Shown here in pieces: positions 32,786 to 43,175 of a stretch of DNA of 64,000 bases. Origin of the DNA: Phycisphaerae bacterium (lineage in GTDB: Bacteria > Planctomycetota > Phycisphaerae > UBA1845 > Fen-1342); NCBI GenBank assembly GCA_050115495.1, contig JASFQK010000001.1, positions 1 through 64,000 of the forward strand, written 5' to 3'. Each line of letters begins with the position of its first letter. Within the stretch, counting starts at the first letter, position 1. The translations under genes and the position numbers were made by a program. Under the pieces are notes generated by a model that was not told where the DNA came from, did not search any database, and saw only the letters and a program-made list of their open reading frames with translations.

Positions 32786-32820
32786 GACTTCTGACTTCTG
32801 ACTCCTGTCTTCTGACTTCC
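32786..32820. repeat. Heptamer tandem repeat (GACTTCT)x5, degenerate
   Basis: GACTTCT GACTTCT GACTCCT GTCTTCT GACTTCC. Confidence 0.8.
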
Positions 32821-32824
32821 TCTT

Positions 32825-33913
32825 CTATCCCCTCGTTCGCGGCCGTCGATTCGGCGGCGGCTCGCCTTCCGGCCGCCCGAAGATCATCCGCCCCGCCGAC
32901 GTTTGCAGCACACTGGTCACGACCAGCGTCACTTCCTGGTTGATCCTCTCGCGCGAGTTCTCGGCGACGACCATCGTGCCGTCCTCGAGGTACCCCACAC
33001 CCTGCCCCAGCTCCTCGCCCGGCTTGATGACCTTCACCACGATCGTCTCACCCGGCATCACCACAGGCTTCATGGCGTTGGCCAGGTCGTTGATGTTGAT
33101 CACGTCCACGCCGCGGAGCTGCGCGATCTTGTTGAGGTTGTAATCGTTCGTGACGATGCGGCCGTCGATCTTCTTGCCCAGGGCGACGAGCTTCTGATCG
33201 ACGTCGCCGCCTTCCTCGCCCGCCGGCAGCCGGGCGTCGGAGATCTTGATCTCGACCTTGTCGTTCGTCTGAAGCTTGTTCAGCATGTCCAGCCCGCGCC
33301 GCCCGCGATTGCGCTTCAGCTTGTCCGAGCTGTCGGCGATGGTCTGCAACTCCTGAAGGACGAAGCGTGGGATCAGCAGCGGCGAGTCGATGATCCGCGT
33401 CTCGCAGATGTCGGCGATGCGCCCGTCGATGATCACCGACGTGTCCAGAATCAGCGCCCGCGACCCGCGCGACTGCTTCGTGAACTCGACGTACGGAATC
33501 ACGAAGCGCACGTCGTCCTTCGTCTGGAGGATGAAGCTGATCGCCAGGTAGCAACACACGATCGCCAGCAGCAGCTTCATCCCCGCCAGCACGGGGTTCG
33601 GTTTGCCCTGCTCAATGGCGTCGGCCAGGGAAGGCGCGTACGTGCCCACCACCATGTCGAGAATCACGCCCAGCCCGTACGCCACGACCATACCCACGAC
33701 CAGCCCCAGAAACGCACCCGATAGCGCCGCCAGCGACTTCCGCGGCACAAACAGGTCCAGGGCCACCATCGCACAGCCCACCACCAGCGCCGCCACCATC
33801 AACGTCGCCCGATGCTGGCTCAACTCGCCACCGGCTTCGGTCTCCCCGACCGCCGAGAAACCCACGGCGGCGATCAGGACGAGGAACAATGCCCGCAGTA
33901 CCCACAGCACCAT
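32825..33913 (-). CDS. Membrane PIN/TRAM domain protein (YacL family)
   Basis: LDTSVIIDGRI, ELQTIADSSD, RGRRGLD, TNDYNL, GVGYLEDGTMVV, VLQTSAGRMIF. Confidence 0.92.
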   Translation of the reverse strand: MVLWVLRALFLVLIAAVGFSAVGETEAGGELSQHRATLMVAALVVGCAMVALDLFVPRKSLAALSGAFLGLVVGMVVAYGLGVILDMVVGTYAPSLADAIEQGKPNPVLAGMKLLLAIVCCYLAISFILQTKDDVRFVIPYVEFTKQSRGSRALILDTSVIIDGRIADICETRIIDSPLLIPRFVLQELQTIADSSDKLKRNRGRRGLDMLNKLQTNDKVEIKISDARLPAGEEGGDVDQKLVALGKKIDGRIVTNDYNLNKIAQLRGVDVININDLANAMKPVVMPGETIVVKVIKPGEELGQGVGYLEDGTMVVAENSRERINQEVTLVVTSVLQTSAGRMIFGRPEGEPPPNRRPRTRG

Positions 33914-33939
33914 GTCGATCTCCCCTATACAATGAGGTT

Positions 33940-35790
33940 ATGTATGAGAGCAGCGATTCTCCACACCACGTCGGCCGCGGCCGGGTCAGCGCCGGGACTC
34001 GCCCGCACACCACCCCCGAAGCCGTGCCGTTCACACGAAACCGGCATTCTACGGCCCGATCCCGCCGAGTCCTAGGGGCTGCGGCCCTCACTCTCGCCCT
34101 GCTCAGCTCATTCGCACCGGCCCAGGAGCCGGCCGCCGCCAACCTCGAACTCCGCGCCGAGCTCACCCGCCTGCTGAAGGCCGGCTCGCCCGACCAGGCC
34201 GTCCGCACCGCCCAGCAGGCCCTCCAACACCACCCCGACGATCCCGGCGTTCGCCACGAATACGTCGCTCTCCACCTCGCCCTGGCCCGCGACTGGCTCG
34301 CCGCCCGGCAATACGACGCCTGCCTCGCCGCCCTCGAAGCCGTCCTCGCCGTCGAGCCCCAAAACGAGACCGCTCTCGCCCTGCGCACCCGCATCCGCGA
34401 GGCCCGCGCCCGCCTCGACGATCAGGTCAGCGAGGTCCGGGAACTACTGCGTTTGGAGCTGTTCGACGCCGCCTTGGCCCGTCTGCGCGAGTCCATCGCC
34501 CTCCGGCCGGACCTCACCGAGTCGCTGCAGGATGACCTGCGTGCCGCCTGGCTCGGCGCCGCGGACGACCACTACCTCGCCCGCAACTTCGCCGAGGCCT
34601 TCGCCCTGTACGAGGAAGCGCTCGCCCGCGACGGCGGCGCGCCGGCGGACGTGCATTCGCGCTGGGTCCTCTCGCTGGCCCTGGCTTTATCGGAGACGGA
34701 CGCCGCCGAGCCGCTGGACCCCAACGTCGCCGGCGAGTTGCTCGCCCGGGCCATCGACGTTTTGCGCCGCACAAACGAGCCGGTGCTCGGGCAGGTGGTT
34801 GGCGGTTTGCTCGCCGAGCGTGCCGGGCACCTTGTCGACGCCGGCCGCACCTACGCTGAGGCCCTCGGCCAGACGTGGGAGCTGCCACCGGTGGACCGCC
34901 GACGGGAGACGGTCGCCAAGCTGCGCCGCCAGGCCGTGGCCCGCGTCCGCGCTCTGTACCAGGTCACGCCAACCCGGCGGCGCGAAGGCGAATGGACGAT
35001 CGCTTTGCCTGACGTGTGGAAGCAGCGCCGCACGCCGCACTTCGACGTCTACGCCCGCAACGACCTGATCGCCACGCGCGTCGCCGAGACACTCGAATAT
35101 CACTACCCGCGCCTCGCCGAGTGGCTGGGTGTGCCCGCCCGCGATGCATGGGACCCGCCGCTCGAAATCCGCGTGCACGCCACGCGCGACGACCTGCACA
35201 CCGCCACCGGCACGCAGGGTATCACCAACGCCGTCAGCCGCACGCGTCTCCAGGGTCAGCGCGTCCTCTCGCGCAAGCTCGAAGTGTTCCAAGCCGATCC
35301 GTGGTTGCTCAGCGCCACGTTGCCGCACGAGCTGACGCACGCCCTATTGCACGACGCCTATCTTCAGAACAGTCCCGCCCTGGCCATCGACGAAGGTCTC
35401 GCCCTCCAGGCCGAGCCGCCCGCCCGGCGACTCATGTACCGCCGCCGGCTCACGGGTTCGCCCCCCGCGCCGGCGGAGCTACTCGCCGCCACCACAACCG
35501 GTGCGGATCTCGAACGCTTCTATGCCCAGGCCGACGCGTTGACGAGCCTGCTGCTCGACCGGCAGGGCAGTCGGCCGGCGGCGCAGACGCAACCAACGCC
35601 GATACCCGCCTTGCTGGCGGCGTTGCGCACCAGCCCGGCGGACAAGTGGTGGCAGCGCTTCGGCTGGTCGTCAGAGGCACAGATGAGCGCCGATTGGCAG
35701 ACTTGGTTCGCCGCCCGCGCCGCCCCGCCGCGCATGCCCCTCATGATCCGCGTCCCTCCCGCCCCCGAGCACCGCCAGCCGCATCCGTAG
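33940..35790 (+). CDS. TPR-containing exported protein with C-terminal peptidase MA-like domain
   Basis: Hydrophobic signal-like segment, TPR-like helices, TPHFDVY, LPHELTH, DEGLA; start uncertain. Confidence 0.65.
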   Translation: MYESSDSPHHVGRGRVSAGTRPHTTPEAVPFTRNRHSTARSRRVLGAAALTLALLSSFAPAQEPAAANLELRAELTRLLKAGSPDQAVRTAQQALQHHPDDPGVRHEYVALHLALARDWLAARQYDACLAALEAVLAVEPQNETALALRTRIREARARLDDQVSEVRELLRLELFDAALARLRESIALRPDLTESLQDDLRAAWLGAADDHYLARNFAEAFALYEEALARDGGAPADVHSRWVLSLALALSETDAAEPLDPNVAGELLARAIDVLRRTNEPVLGQVVGGLLAERAGHLVDAGRTYAEALGQTWELPPVDRRRETVAKLRRQAVARVRALYQVTPTRRREGEWTIALPDVWKQRRTPHFDVYARNDLIATRVAETLEYHYPRLAEWLGVPARDAWDPPLEIRVHATRDDLHTATGTQGITNAVSRTRLQGQRVLSRKLEVFQADPWLLSATLPHELTHALLHDAYLQNSPALAIDEGLALQAEPPARRLMYRRRLTGSPPAPAELLAATTTGADLERFYAQADALTSLLLDRQGSRPAAQTQPTPIPALLAALRTSPADKWWQRFGWSSEAQMSADWQTWFAARAAPPRMPLMIRVPPAPEHRQPHP

Positions 35791-35800
35791 CGAGCCGTTG

Positions 35801-35879
35801 AAAAAGGGGACTGGCTCCGCGCGCCAACAGGCCCGCGTGTCTCGAACAACCGCAACAGCGCGGTGCCTGTCCCCTTTTT
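35801..35879. repeat. MITE-like inverted-repeat element
   Basis: AAAAAGGGGACTGGCTCCGCGC ... GCGCGGTGCCTGTCCCCTTTTT (22-nt IR, 2 mismatches); the same left end recurs at 54782. Confidence 0.75.
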
Positions 35880-36066
35880 CATCGGCGGCCGACGCGCAAA
35901 ATCGGTAGGAAGCGAGGTAGGCCGGGCTCTGCCCGCCGCCTCCTGTCGTTCGACGTCGGCCGACCGTGTAGGAACCTGTAGACTTGCCCGGCCGACACTG
36001 CACACCTCGCCGAAGACATGCTAGGCTTCAAGCAGGGAGCCGGGGACCGGGGCAGGAGAAAACGCC

Positions 36067-36666
36067 ATGCAACGACTGACTGTGTTGCTCTGTGCGTGGG
36101 CGGTCCTGGCCTGCTCGGGATGCACGATCACCAATTGGGACTGGGGGGGCATGTTCGACGCCGTAGACCCTCAACTGAGCGCATTGTACGTCGTCGCCTA
36201 CCATGTGAATTGGCTGGGCGAGGCCGAACTGCTGAACCTCCCCGGGTCGACGTTTGAGGTCGACCCGGATTTCGTCCGCGCTGAGGTCTGCCGACCCGCC
36301 ACGCCGGCACGCTGCGGCCTGGCCGGCTTCGGCGTGATAGACGACAATGACACCGAAGCGCTCTTATTCGTGGGTCCATCGGATGGCTGGCACAACATCC
36401 TGGGGTCGGCAGAGCAGAAGCTCGGAGCGGTCCGCAAGCCCAGCGACTGCGAGGTGGCCGTATCGTTCTACCTGTCGTGCGACGAGCTTCCTGCTGATCG
36501 CCTCGCCAGACTAACCTTCACAACGCGGGATACGCCCACCGTGCCGCCCAAGGTCGAAGTACGCTGCTCCTCGGCGTCGCTGGTCTCCGCGGACGCACTG
36601 ACGACTCAACCGGATAAGGGGGACCCTCCCGACACCGCTCGGCCAACAGCAGACCCCCGCTACTGA
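36067..36666 (+). CDS. Hypothetical lipoprotein
   Basis: SD AGGAG; signal peptide ending LACSGC. Confidence 0.6.
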   Translation: MQRLTVLLCAWAVLACSGCTITNWDWGGMFDAVDPQLSALYVVAYHVNWLGEAELLNLPGSTFEVDPDFVRAEVCRPATPARCGLAGFGVIDDNDTEALLFVGPSDGWHNILGSAEQKLGAVRKPSDCEVAVSFYLSCDELPADRLARLTFTTRDTPTVPPKVEVRCSSASLVSADALTTQPDKGDPPDTARPTADPRY

Positions 36667-36673
36667 CCGCCGT

Positions 36674-38791
36674 TCACGCCGCGTCGATCAGCGCCAGCTT
36701 GTCGCCGTAGAGGCGCTTCAGCTCCGGCAGCAGCAGCCGATGCTCGGCCTCGCGCAGCGTCGGATCGCGCCGCACGATATCGAACGCATCAGTCCGAGCC
36801 TGCTCCAGCAGGGCGAAGTCCCGAATCGCATCGCCGAACCGCAGCTCCGGCAGACCGTGCTGCCGCGTGCCAAACAGCTCGCCCGGACCGCGCTGCCGCA
36901 GATCCGCCTCCGCGATGCGAAAGCCATCCGTCGTCTCGGTCATCACCGCCAGCCGCTCGGCCGCCTTGCCCCGCCCGCCCGCGCGCGTCACCAGCACGCA
37001 CAGACTGTCGCGCGGCCCGCGCCCGATCCGCCCGCGAAGCTGGTGCAGTTGCGACAGACCGAACCGCTCGGCGTGCTCGACGATCATGATCGTCGCGTTG
37101 GCCACGTCGACACCGACCTCGACCACCGTCGTAGCCACCAGCGCCTGCACTCGACCCGCAGAGAAGTCCCCGACGACTTCCTCTTTCTCCGCCGACTTCA
37201 TCGCCCCATGCAGCAGCGCCACGCGCAACCCTTGCCACGGCCCGCTCGTCAGCCGCTCGTGCGCCTCAACCGCCGACAGCAGCTTCCCGCGCCCCGCCGC
37301 GGACCCCGCAGCAACCTCGTCCGTCGCCGTCGTCTCACCATCGCCGATCGTCGGACACACCACGTACGCCTGCTCGCCCCGCTCCAGCCGCGCCCGCACC
37401 TCGCGCATCACCGCCGGCCACTGCCGCGCCGGCACCACGCGTGTGTCGATCCGCCCTCGTCCCGGCGGCGACGCCCGCAGGCACGACACATCCAGATCGC
37501 CGAACACCGTCATCGCCAGCGTCCGCGGAATGGGCGTGGCCGTCATCACCAGGTAATGCGGGCTCGGCCCCTTCGTGCGAAACGTCGCCCGCTGCACAAC
37601 GCCGAACTTGTGCTGCTCATCGACGACCACCATCGCCAGCCGGTCGAAGACGACGTCCTGTTGAATCAGCGCCTGCGTGCCCACCACCAGATCGAGCTCC
37701 CCCGCCTCGATCGCCGCCAGATTCTCCTGCCTCTGTCGGCGGCCGGCCTGCCCGCTGAGCAGCACGCTCCGCACGCGGCTGCCCGCCAGGTAACGAGCGA
37801 TGTTCGCGTAGTGCTGCTGTGCGAGGATCTCCGTCGGCGCCATGATCGCCGCCTGTCGCCGATGAGCGACGGCCACCAGGCACGCATACAGCGCCACGAC
37901 CGTCTTCCCGCTGCCGACGTCACCTTGCAGCAACCGCGTCATCGGCCGGCCGCTGGCCAGATCCGCCGCGATCTCCCCCACCACCTCGTCCTGCGCCGCC
38001 GTCAGCGCGAACGGAAACCGCGCCCGAATCCGTCGATCAACCTCCGCCGACACGGACAGCGCCTGTCCCGCCTCCAGCTCCTGCGACCGCCGGCGGCGCA
38101 GCGCCATCGCCAGCTCGAGCAGCAGGAACTCCTCGTACGCCAGCCGGGCCCGCGCCTTCCCCAGCGCCGCCTCATTCTCCGGAGCATGCATCTGCCGCAC
38201 GGCCTGCTCGCGCGTCGGCAGTTCGTGCCGCGACCGCAACCCCTCCGGCAGAAACTCCGCCACCGGCAGACTTGGCTGCGCCAGCACCTCCTGCACAACC
38301 CGCCGAATCACGAACGAACTCACACGAGCGTTGGCGCGATAGACACCGACCTGCCGCGCCCCGCGCCCCTGCGGCAGCACCACCGTGTCTTCATCGAAGA
38401 CCTGCACGCGCGGCTGCACCAGCTCGATGCGATCCTGGTATTCCTGCGTCTTACCGCTGGCGATCACCGTCACCCCGACGCGCAGTTGCTTCGCTGCATA
38501 CGGCCGCTGAAACCAGCGCAGCACGCACGTCCCCGTCCCGTCGTCAATCTCCGCCGACGCCCCGCCCCCTCGTCCGCCGCGCAGGCGCACCACCGACCCC
38601 TGCACCGTGGCGTTCATCCCCGCCACGAGATCGGCGATCTCAACCTCGCCGCACTCCTGGACAAAGCGAAAGGGGAAGTACTCGAGCAGGTCGCCGACCG
38701 TGTTCAGGCCGAGACTGCCCAGCGCCGCCGCCCGGGCCGGACCGACGCCCTTGATGTACTGGAGCGGACTATCACTGTAGAGCGTGGCCAT
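36674..38791 (-). CDS. recG: ATP-dependent DNA helicase RecG
   Basis: IKGVGP, RLLQGDVGSGKT, MAPTEILAQQH, DEQHKFG, MTATPIPRT, TTVVEVGVD, QLRGRIGRG, DGFRIAEADL. Confidence 0.96.
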   Translation of the reverse strand: MATLYSDSPLQYIKGVGPARAAALGSLGLNTVGDLLEYFPFRFVQECGEVEIADLVAGMNATVQGSVVRLRGGRGGGASAEIDDGTGTCVLRWFQRPYAAKQLRVGVTVIASGKTQEYQDRIELVQPRVQVFDEDTVVLPQGRGARQVGVYRANARVSSFVIRRVVQEVLAQPSLPVAEFLPEGLRSRHELPTREQAVRQMHAPENEAALGKARARLAYEEFLLLELAMALRRRRSQELEAGQALSVSAEVDRRIRARFPFALTAAQDEVVGEIAADLASGRPMTRLLQGDVGSGKTVVALYACLVAVAHRRQAAIMAPTEILAQQHYANIARYLAGSRVRSVLLSGQAGRRQRQENLAAIEAGELDLVVGTQALIQQDVVFDRLAMVVVDEQHKFGVVQRATFRTKGPSPHYLVMTATPIPRTLAMTVFGDLDVSCLRASPPGRGRIDTRVVPARQWPAVMREVRARLERGEQAYVVCPTIGDGETTATDEVAAGSAAGRGKLLSAVEAHERLTSGPWQGLRVALLHGAMKSAEKEEVVGDFSAGRVQALVATTVVEVGVDVANATIMIVEHAERFGLSQLHQLRGRIGRGPRDSLCVLVTRAGGRGKAAERLAVMTETTDGFRIAEADLRQRGPGELFGTRQHGLPELRFGDAIRDFALLEQARTDAFDIVRRDPTLREAEHRLLLPELKRLYGDKLALIDAA

Positions 38792-38857
38792 GCTCGTCGC
38801 GCGGCGCAGTGCCGCCGGCACCCGCCGCGTTCAGGTTCGGACCTGGCCGGCCTCGCG

Positions 38858-39241
38858 TCAGGGAATGGTCAGCCGCGTGCCGATCCGCAGCACGTTCTTG
38901 TCCGGAACCGCCGCCCGGTTCGCTTCCCAAATCACCTTCCACTTCGACTGATCGTTGTAGTACTGGCGGGCGAGCCTGTATAACGTGTCACCCTTGCACA
39001 CGACGTGCGTGCGCGCCCCACCGGCCGCGGGCGCGAGCGGTTCATCCGCCGGCGCCGCGGGCGCCGCATCCCACTCCACCGGCTCACCCACGTACGCGTC
39101 GTCCGTCGGCGGTTCCTGCTCCATCTGCGTCAGCGGCGTGTAGGGCTGCTCCACGTGCGTCTGGGGTTGGTTGTTCGGTTTCTGACAGGCCGTCAAACAA
39201 ACGGCCACAGCACAGACCAGCATCAAGGCCAGGGACTTCAC
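38858..39241 (-). CDS. LysM domain lipoprotein
   Basis: Lipobox LTAC; HVVCKGDTLYRLARQYY...IWEAN...LRIGTRLTIP. Confidence 0.88.
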   Translation of the reverse strand: MKSLALMLVCAVAVCLTACQKPNNQPQTHVEQPYTPLTQMEQEPPTDDAYVGEPVEWDAAPAAPADEPLAPAAGGARTHVVCKGDTLYRLARQYYNDQSKWKVIWEANRAAVPDKNVLRIGTRLTIP

Positions 39242-39494
39242 GGCGACTCCTCCTCGTTCCATGAGCATCGGGCGCATCCGTTGCGCCTCATGTGACCCGA
39301 ATGCCGATAACTTGTAAAGACGGGGCCGTACCCCCGCCGAGTCAGCGGTATCGCTCTCGACTGTCGGAATATGTCAACTGCCGGAGGGCTTCTCGTCAGT
39401 GCCGCACCCGGGCGTTACACTCCCGCTGGCGACGCGATGGGGGGGCGTTCCGGGCGAGACCCAAAGGAATCCTCACGATTATTGGAGACTGGCC

Positions 39495-42251
39495 ATGAGA
39501 CACAACCCAATGTGGTGGTTCGCGTGCCTGCTCGGCACGCCCGTAATCCTCCTTCTGGCCCTCACGCCACTCCTGGCCGCCCAGGAGCAGGCCACGCCCC
39601 CCGGCGCGGAGGTGGCCCAAAACCCCCCGCCGGCGATGTTGCAGAAGGAGGCGGCGCCCCCCAAGGACAAGAACCCCAAGCGCTTCGCCGACATCGACGA
39701 CGTCACGAAGGACATGGGCAAGCTCTCCGGCCTGTTCGACATCTACCGCTTTGATCCGTCCGATAAAAAGCGGGATCCCGAGAAGCTGCTTGCCAGAATC
39801 CCCGCCAAACTCCTCGGCCAGGACATCCTCTTCGCCACCAGCATCTCCCGCGGCGCCCAGGCCGGCTTCATGTGGGGCGACGCCCTCATCCGCTTCGAGG
39901 TCGTCGGCGACCAGCTCAAGCTCGTCACCCCCGACCTCCGCTACGTCCACAAGAACGGCGCCCCGGTCACGGAGGCCGTCGAACGCACCTACACCGGCGG
40001 CTATATCGCTGCCGTCCCCATCAAGGCCATGTCCCCCCAGGGCGATGTCATCATCGACCTGGAGGCCCTCCTCAAATCCGACCTCGCCGAAGTCGGCCGC
40101 GGCCGCGTCCGACCCGACCTCAGCACCTGGAACACCGTCAAGGTCTTCCCCGACAACGTGCTCATCGACGTCGACCTGGCCCTTTCCGGCGGGCAGGGTG
40201 GATCGTCGGTCGGCGTCGCCTACGCCTTCCGCCGGCTGCCGCCCCTGAACGCCTACAAGCCGCGCCAGGCCGACCCGCGCATCGGCTACTTCCTCACCGC
40301 CCAGATGGACTGGTCCAAGGGCTACAACGAGCGTGAGACTTTCGATCGCTATATCCACCGCTGGAAGCTCGAGAAGCAGGACCCCTCCCTCGAACTCTCC
40401 CCGCCCAAAGAGCCCATCGTCTTCATTATCGAGAAGAGCGTGCCCATTCAGTGGCGACGCTGGATCAAGGAAGGCATCGAGGAGTGGAACCGCGCCTACG
40501 AGAAGATCGGTTTCACCGGGGCGATCGTCGTCCAGCAGCAGACCGAAACCAACGAGTACGCCGACTACGACCCCGAGGACGCCCGCTACAACTTCCTCCG
40601 CTGGGGCGTGACCGGCCGCGGTTTCGCCATGGGTCCCTCGCGCGTTGACCCACGCACCGGCCAGATCCTCGACGCCGACATCTTCTTCGACGACGCCTTC
40701 ATCCGCGCCTGGATGTACGAGTTCGACCTCTTCGCCCCCAGTGCCGCGGCCGAATCCAAGGGCCCCGGCTTCACCGAGTGGCTGCGGGCCAACCCGGAAT
40801 TCGTCCCCGAGTCGATCAAGCAGAGCTGGGCCGAGCAGGACACCGACCCCGAGCAGACCTTCTGGGCCGACCTCGAGGGCAAGCTCTGCGCACACGGCCG
40901 CAGCGAATGCTGCTACGCCGCCGGCATGCAGCGCGAGTTGGCCATGGTTCAGCACGCTCTGATCGCCACCGGCTCCGGCCCGAAGAAGCTCCCCGAGCGC
41001 CTGATTGGCGAGGCCATCCGCGAGATCGTCACGCACGAGGTCGGCCACACGCTCGGCCTGCGCCACAACTTCAAGGCCTCCGCCTGGCTCTCGCTCGACG
41101 AGATCAAGCGCCGTCGCGACGAGACCGACTTGCCCTCAACCGCCTCGGTCATGGACTACAACCCGCTGCTGTTCTTCACCGGCGACAATCTCGAAAACGT
41201 CCGGCACTTCGTCTCGCCGTGCATCGGCCCCTACGACGAATGGGCCATCGCCTACGGCTACGCCATCCCCCAGGGCAAGTCGGAAGACGACATGCTCAAG
41301 GAAATCGCCAGCCGCTGCACTGAGCCGGAGCTTCAGTTCGCGACAGACGAGGACTCCAACTGGCTCTATTCGCCCGATCCGCTGGTCAACACCTACGACC
41401 TGTCGTCCAACCCGATGGACTTCGCGCAGTCACGTATTGACCTCTGCGACGAGCTGCTGAAGAACATCACCGACTGGGCCATCCAGAAAGGCGAGCCGCG
41501 CTACTACCTGACGCAGGCCTTCACCACGGTTTGGTATCAGCGCTACAGCAACCTCGACTACGTGGCCCGGCTCGTCGGCGGCCAGTACTTCTACCGCGAC
41601 AACCAGGGCGATCCCGACGCTCGCCCGGCGTTCGTCCTCGTCGAGCCCAAGCTGCAGCGGGCCGCCCTCAAGTACCTCGGCAAGACGCTCTTCCAGGACC
41701 AGTTCTTCCGCGTCGATCCGGGGCTGCTCAACATGCTGGCACCGTCGCGCTGGTCGCACTGGGGCTCGCGCGCACCCAACCGCATCGACTACCCCATCCA
41801 CGGCCGCATCTCCACGATGCAGACCATGGGCCTGCTGAACCTCATGGCCCCGCCCGTGCTCGAACGCATCTACGACGCCGAGCTCAAGGCCACCGGCGAT
41901 GACAAGTTCACCGTGGCCGAGCTGCTCACCACGCTGAACGAGCAGATCTGGCCGCAGCTTGGCAAGGCCGAGGACGGCACCTACACGGACACCAAGCCGC
42001 TCATCAGCTCCATCGAGCGCAACTTGCAGCGGGCCCACCTGCTGATCCTCTGCAGCCTCGGCGGCGCCTCACCGGGCAGCACGATGTCCGCGGACGTGCA
42101 GTCGATGGTCCGCCTCGCCCTGCGTGATCTGAGCGAGCAGATGGCCCGAGCCCTCCAGTCGCCGAAGCTCGACTTCGCCTCGCGCGCCCACCTGGTCGAA
42201 AGCCAGTCGCGTATCGAACGCACGCTGGCCGCACCGTTCCAGGGCCGCTAG
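39495..42251 (+). CDS. Secreted zinc-dependent metalloprotease (DUF5117/DUF4953, EcxA-like)
   Basis: PRQADPRIGYF, YIHRWKLE, DPRTGQILDAD, HEVGHTLGLRHNF, SVMDY, GPYDEWAIAYGY. Confidence 0.9.
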   Translation: MRHNPMWWFACLLGTPVILLLALTPLLAAQEQATPPGAEVAQNPPPAMLQKEAAPPKDKNPKRFADIDDVTKDMGKLSGLFDIYRFDPSDKKRDPEKLLARIPAKLLGQDILFATSISRGAQAGFMWGDALIRFEVVGDQLKLVTPDLRYVHKNGAPVTEAVERTYTGGYIAAVPIKAMSPQGDVIIDLEALLKSDLAEVGRGRVRPDLSTWNTVKVFPDNVLIDVDLALSGGQGGSSVGVAYAFRRLPPLNAYKPRQADPRIGYFLTAQMDWSKGYNERETFDRYIHRWKLEKQDPSLELSPPKEPIVFIIEKSVPIQWRRWIKEGIEEWNRAYEKIGFTGAIVVQQQTETNEYADYDPEDARYNFLRWGVTGRGFAMGPSRVDPRTGQILDADIFFDDAFIRAWMYEFDLFAPSAAAESKGPGFTEWLRANPEFVPESIKQSWAEQDTDPEQTFWADLEGKLCAHGRSECCYAAGMQRELAMVQHALIATGSGPKKLPERLIGEAIREIVTHEVGHTLGLRHNFKASAWLSLDEIKRRRDETDLPSTASVMDYNPLLFFTGDNLENVRHFVSPCIGPYDEWAIAYGYAIPQGKSEDDMLKEIASRCTEPELQFATDEDSNWLYSPDPLVNTYDLSSNPMDFAQSRIDLCDELLKNITDWAIQKGEPRYYLTQAFTTVWYQRYSNLDYVARLVGGQYFYRDNQGDPDARPAFVLVEPKLQRAALKYLGKTLFQDQFFRVDPGLLNMLAPSRWSHWGSRAPNRIDYPIHGRISTMQTMGLLNLMAPPVLERIYDAELKATGDDKFTVAELLTTLNEQIWPQLGKAEDGTYTDTKPLISSIERNLQRAHLLILCSLGGASPGSTMSADVQSMVRLALRDLSEQMARALQSPKLDFASRAHLVESQSRIERTLAAPFQGR

Positions 42252-42328
42252 GCCGACGCGCACGAACCACAACGGGACGGCCGCCACGAACCCCGCGGCG
42301 GCCGTCCCGTACAACAACTGTGGCACCC

Positions 42329-42472
42329 GTAGCGTCCGAGCTCTGTACCGGACGTCTCCGCCGGATCCGGGCTCCGTACCGAACGTCTTCGTAGCGTCGG
42401 CCCCCCGTGGCCGACGTTGCCTGGAACAAACGCCCCGCACGCGAACGTAGCGGCCGACATCCGTGTCGGCCG
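42329..42472. repeat. Second cluster of 3 GTAG-type REP-like palindromes
   Basis: Copies at 42329, 42391 and 42447; 42391-42416 is identical to 32657-32682. Confidence 0.8.
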
Positions 42473-42554
42473 TCGATCACCGGAATGCGGCCGCAACGCA
42501 ATCATCTGCTACAATGCGCCGGGCAATGAACCCGCTGCACAAGAGGTCTGACGC

Positions 42555-42875
42555 ATGGACATGCACATCGTTATTCGTAACGTCGAAGACGGCGGCGAGC
42601 TCCGCCACTACGCCGAGGAACACCTGTCCCACGCCCTGGAACGCTTCGAGGACCGCATCCTCACGACCACCATGCGCCTCGAGGACGTCACCGGCCCCGA
42701 CAAGGGCGGCGTCGACAAGCAGTGCAGCATCGAGGTGCGCCTGCGCACCGGCGAAGTGCGCATCAAGGAAACCGGCGACGACTTCTTCGCCACGATCAGC
42801 ACCGCTCTCGACCGCCTCAAGGCCGCCATCAGCCGCGAGACGGCCAAGGCCAAGCGCGGCATCGGCGAGGGCTAA
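42555..42875 (+). CDS. hpf: HPF/RaiA family ribosome-associated protein
   Basis: LERFEDRI...LEDVTGPDKGGVDKQCSIEV...ALDRLKAAISR. Confidence 0.8.
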   Translation: MDMHIVIRNVEDGGELRHYAEEHLSHALERFEDRILTTTMRLEDVTGPDKGGVDKQCSIEVRLRTGEVRIKETGDDFFATISTALDRLKAAISRETAKAKRGIGEG

Positions 42876-42911
42876 CGCGCCGCCGCGGGCCGAGACACCG
42901 GAGGCCAAGCC

Positions 42912-43166
42912 ATGGCGCCGCCGGACAAGTCCGCCTACAAGCAAGCCAAGAAGGAGCTGAAGGCCGCGCAGAAAGCGGCCAAGAAGGGCCAGTCCGTCCC
43001 AAGCGCTCCAACCCCGTCATCGGCCGACCCGGATTCCCCCGCCGAGCGTGCCGCCCGCGCCGCTGAGCGCAAGGTGATGCTGGAGCACTGGCGCATCTGG
43101 CTGGCGGTCGCCGGCCTGCTGGTGGCTGTGCTGACGTTGCTGTTCACGTTGCTGCGCAGGGGATGA
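42912..43166 (+). CDS. Small membrane protein
   Basis: SD GGAGG; Lys-rich N-terminus and C-terminal TM helix. Confidence 0.6.
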   Translation: MAPPDKSAYKQAKKELKAAQKAAKKGQSVPSAPTPSSADPDSPAERAARAAERKVMLEHWRIWLAVAGLLVAVLTLLFTLLRRG

Positions 43167-43175
43167 AGTCGGCGC

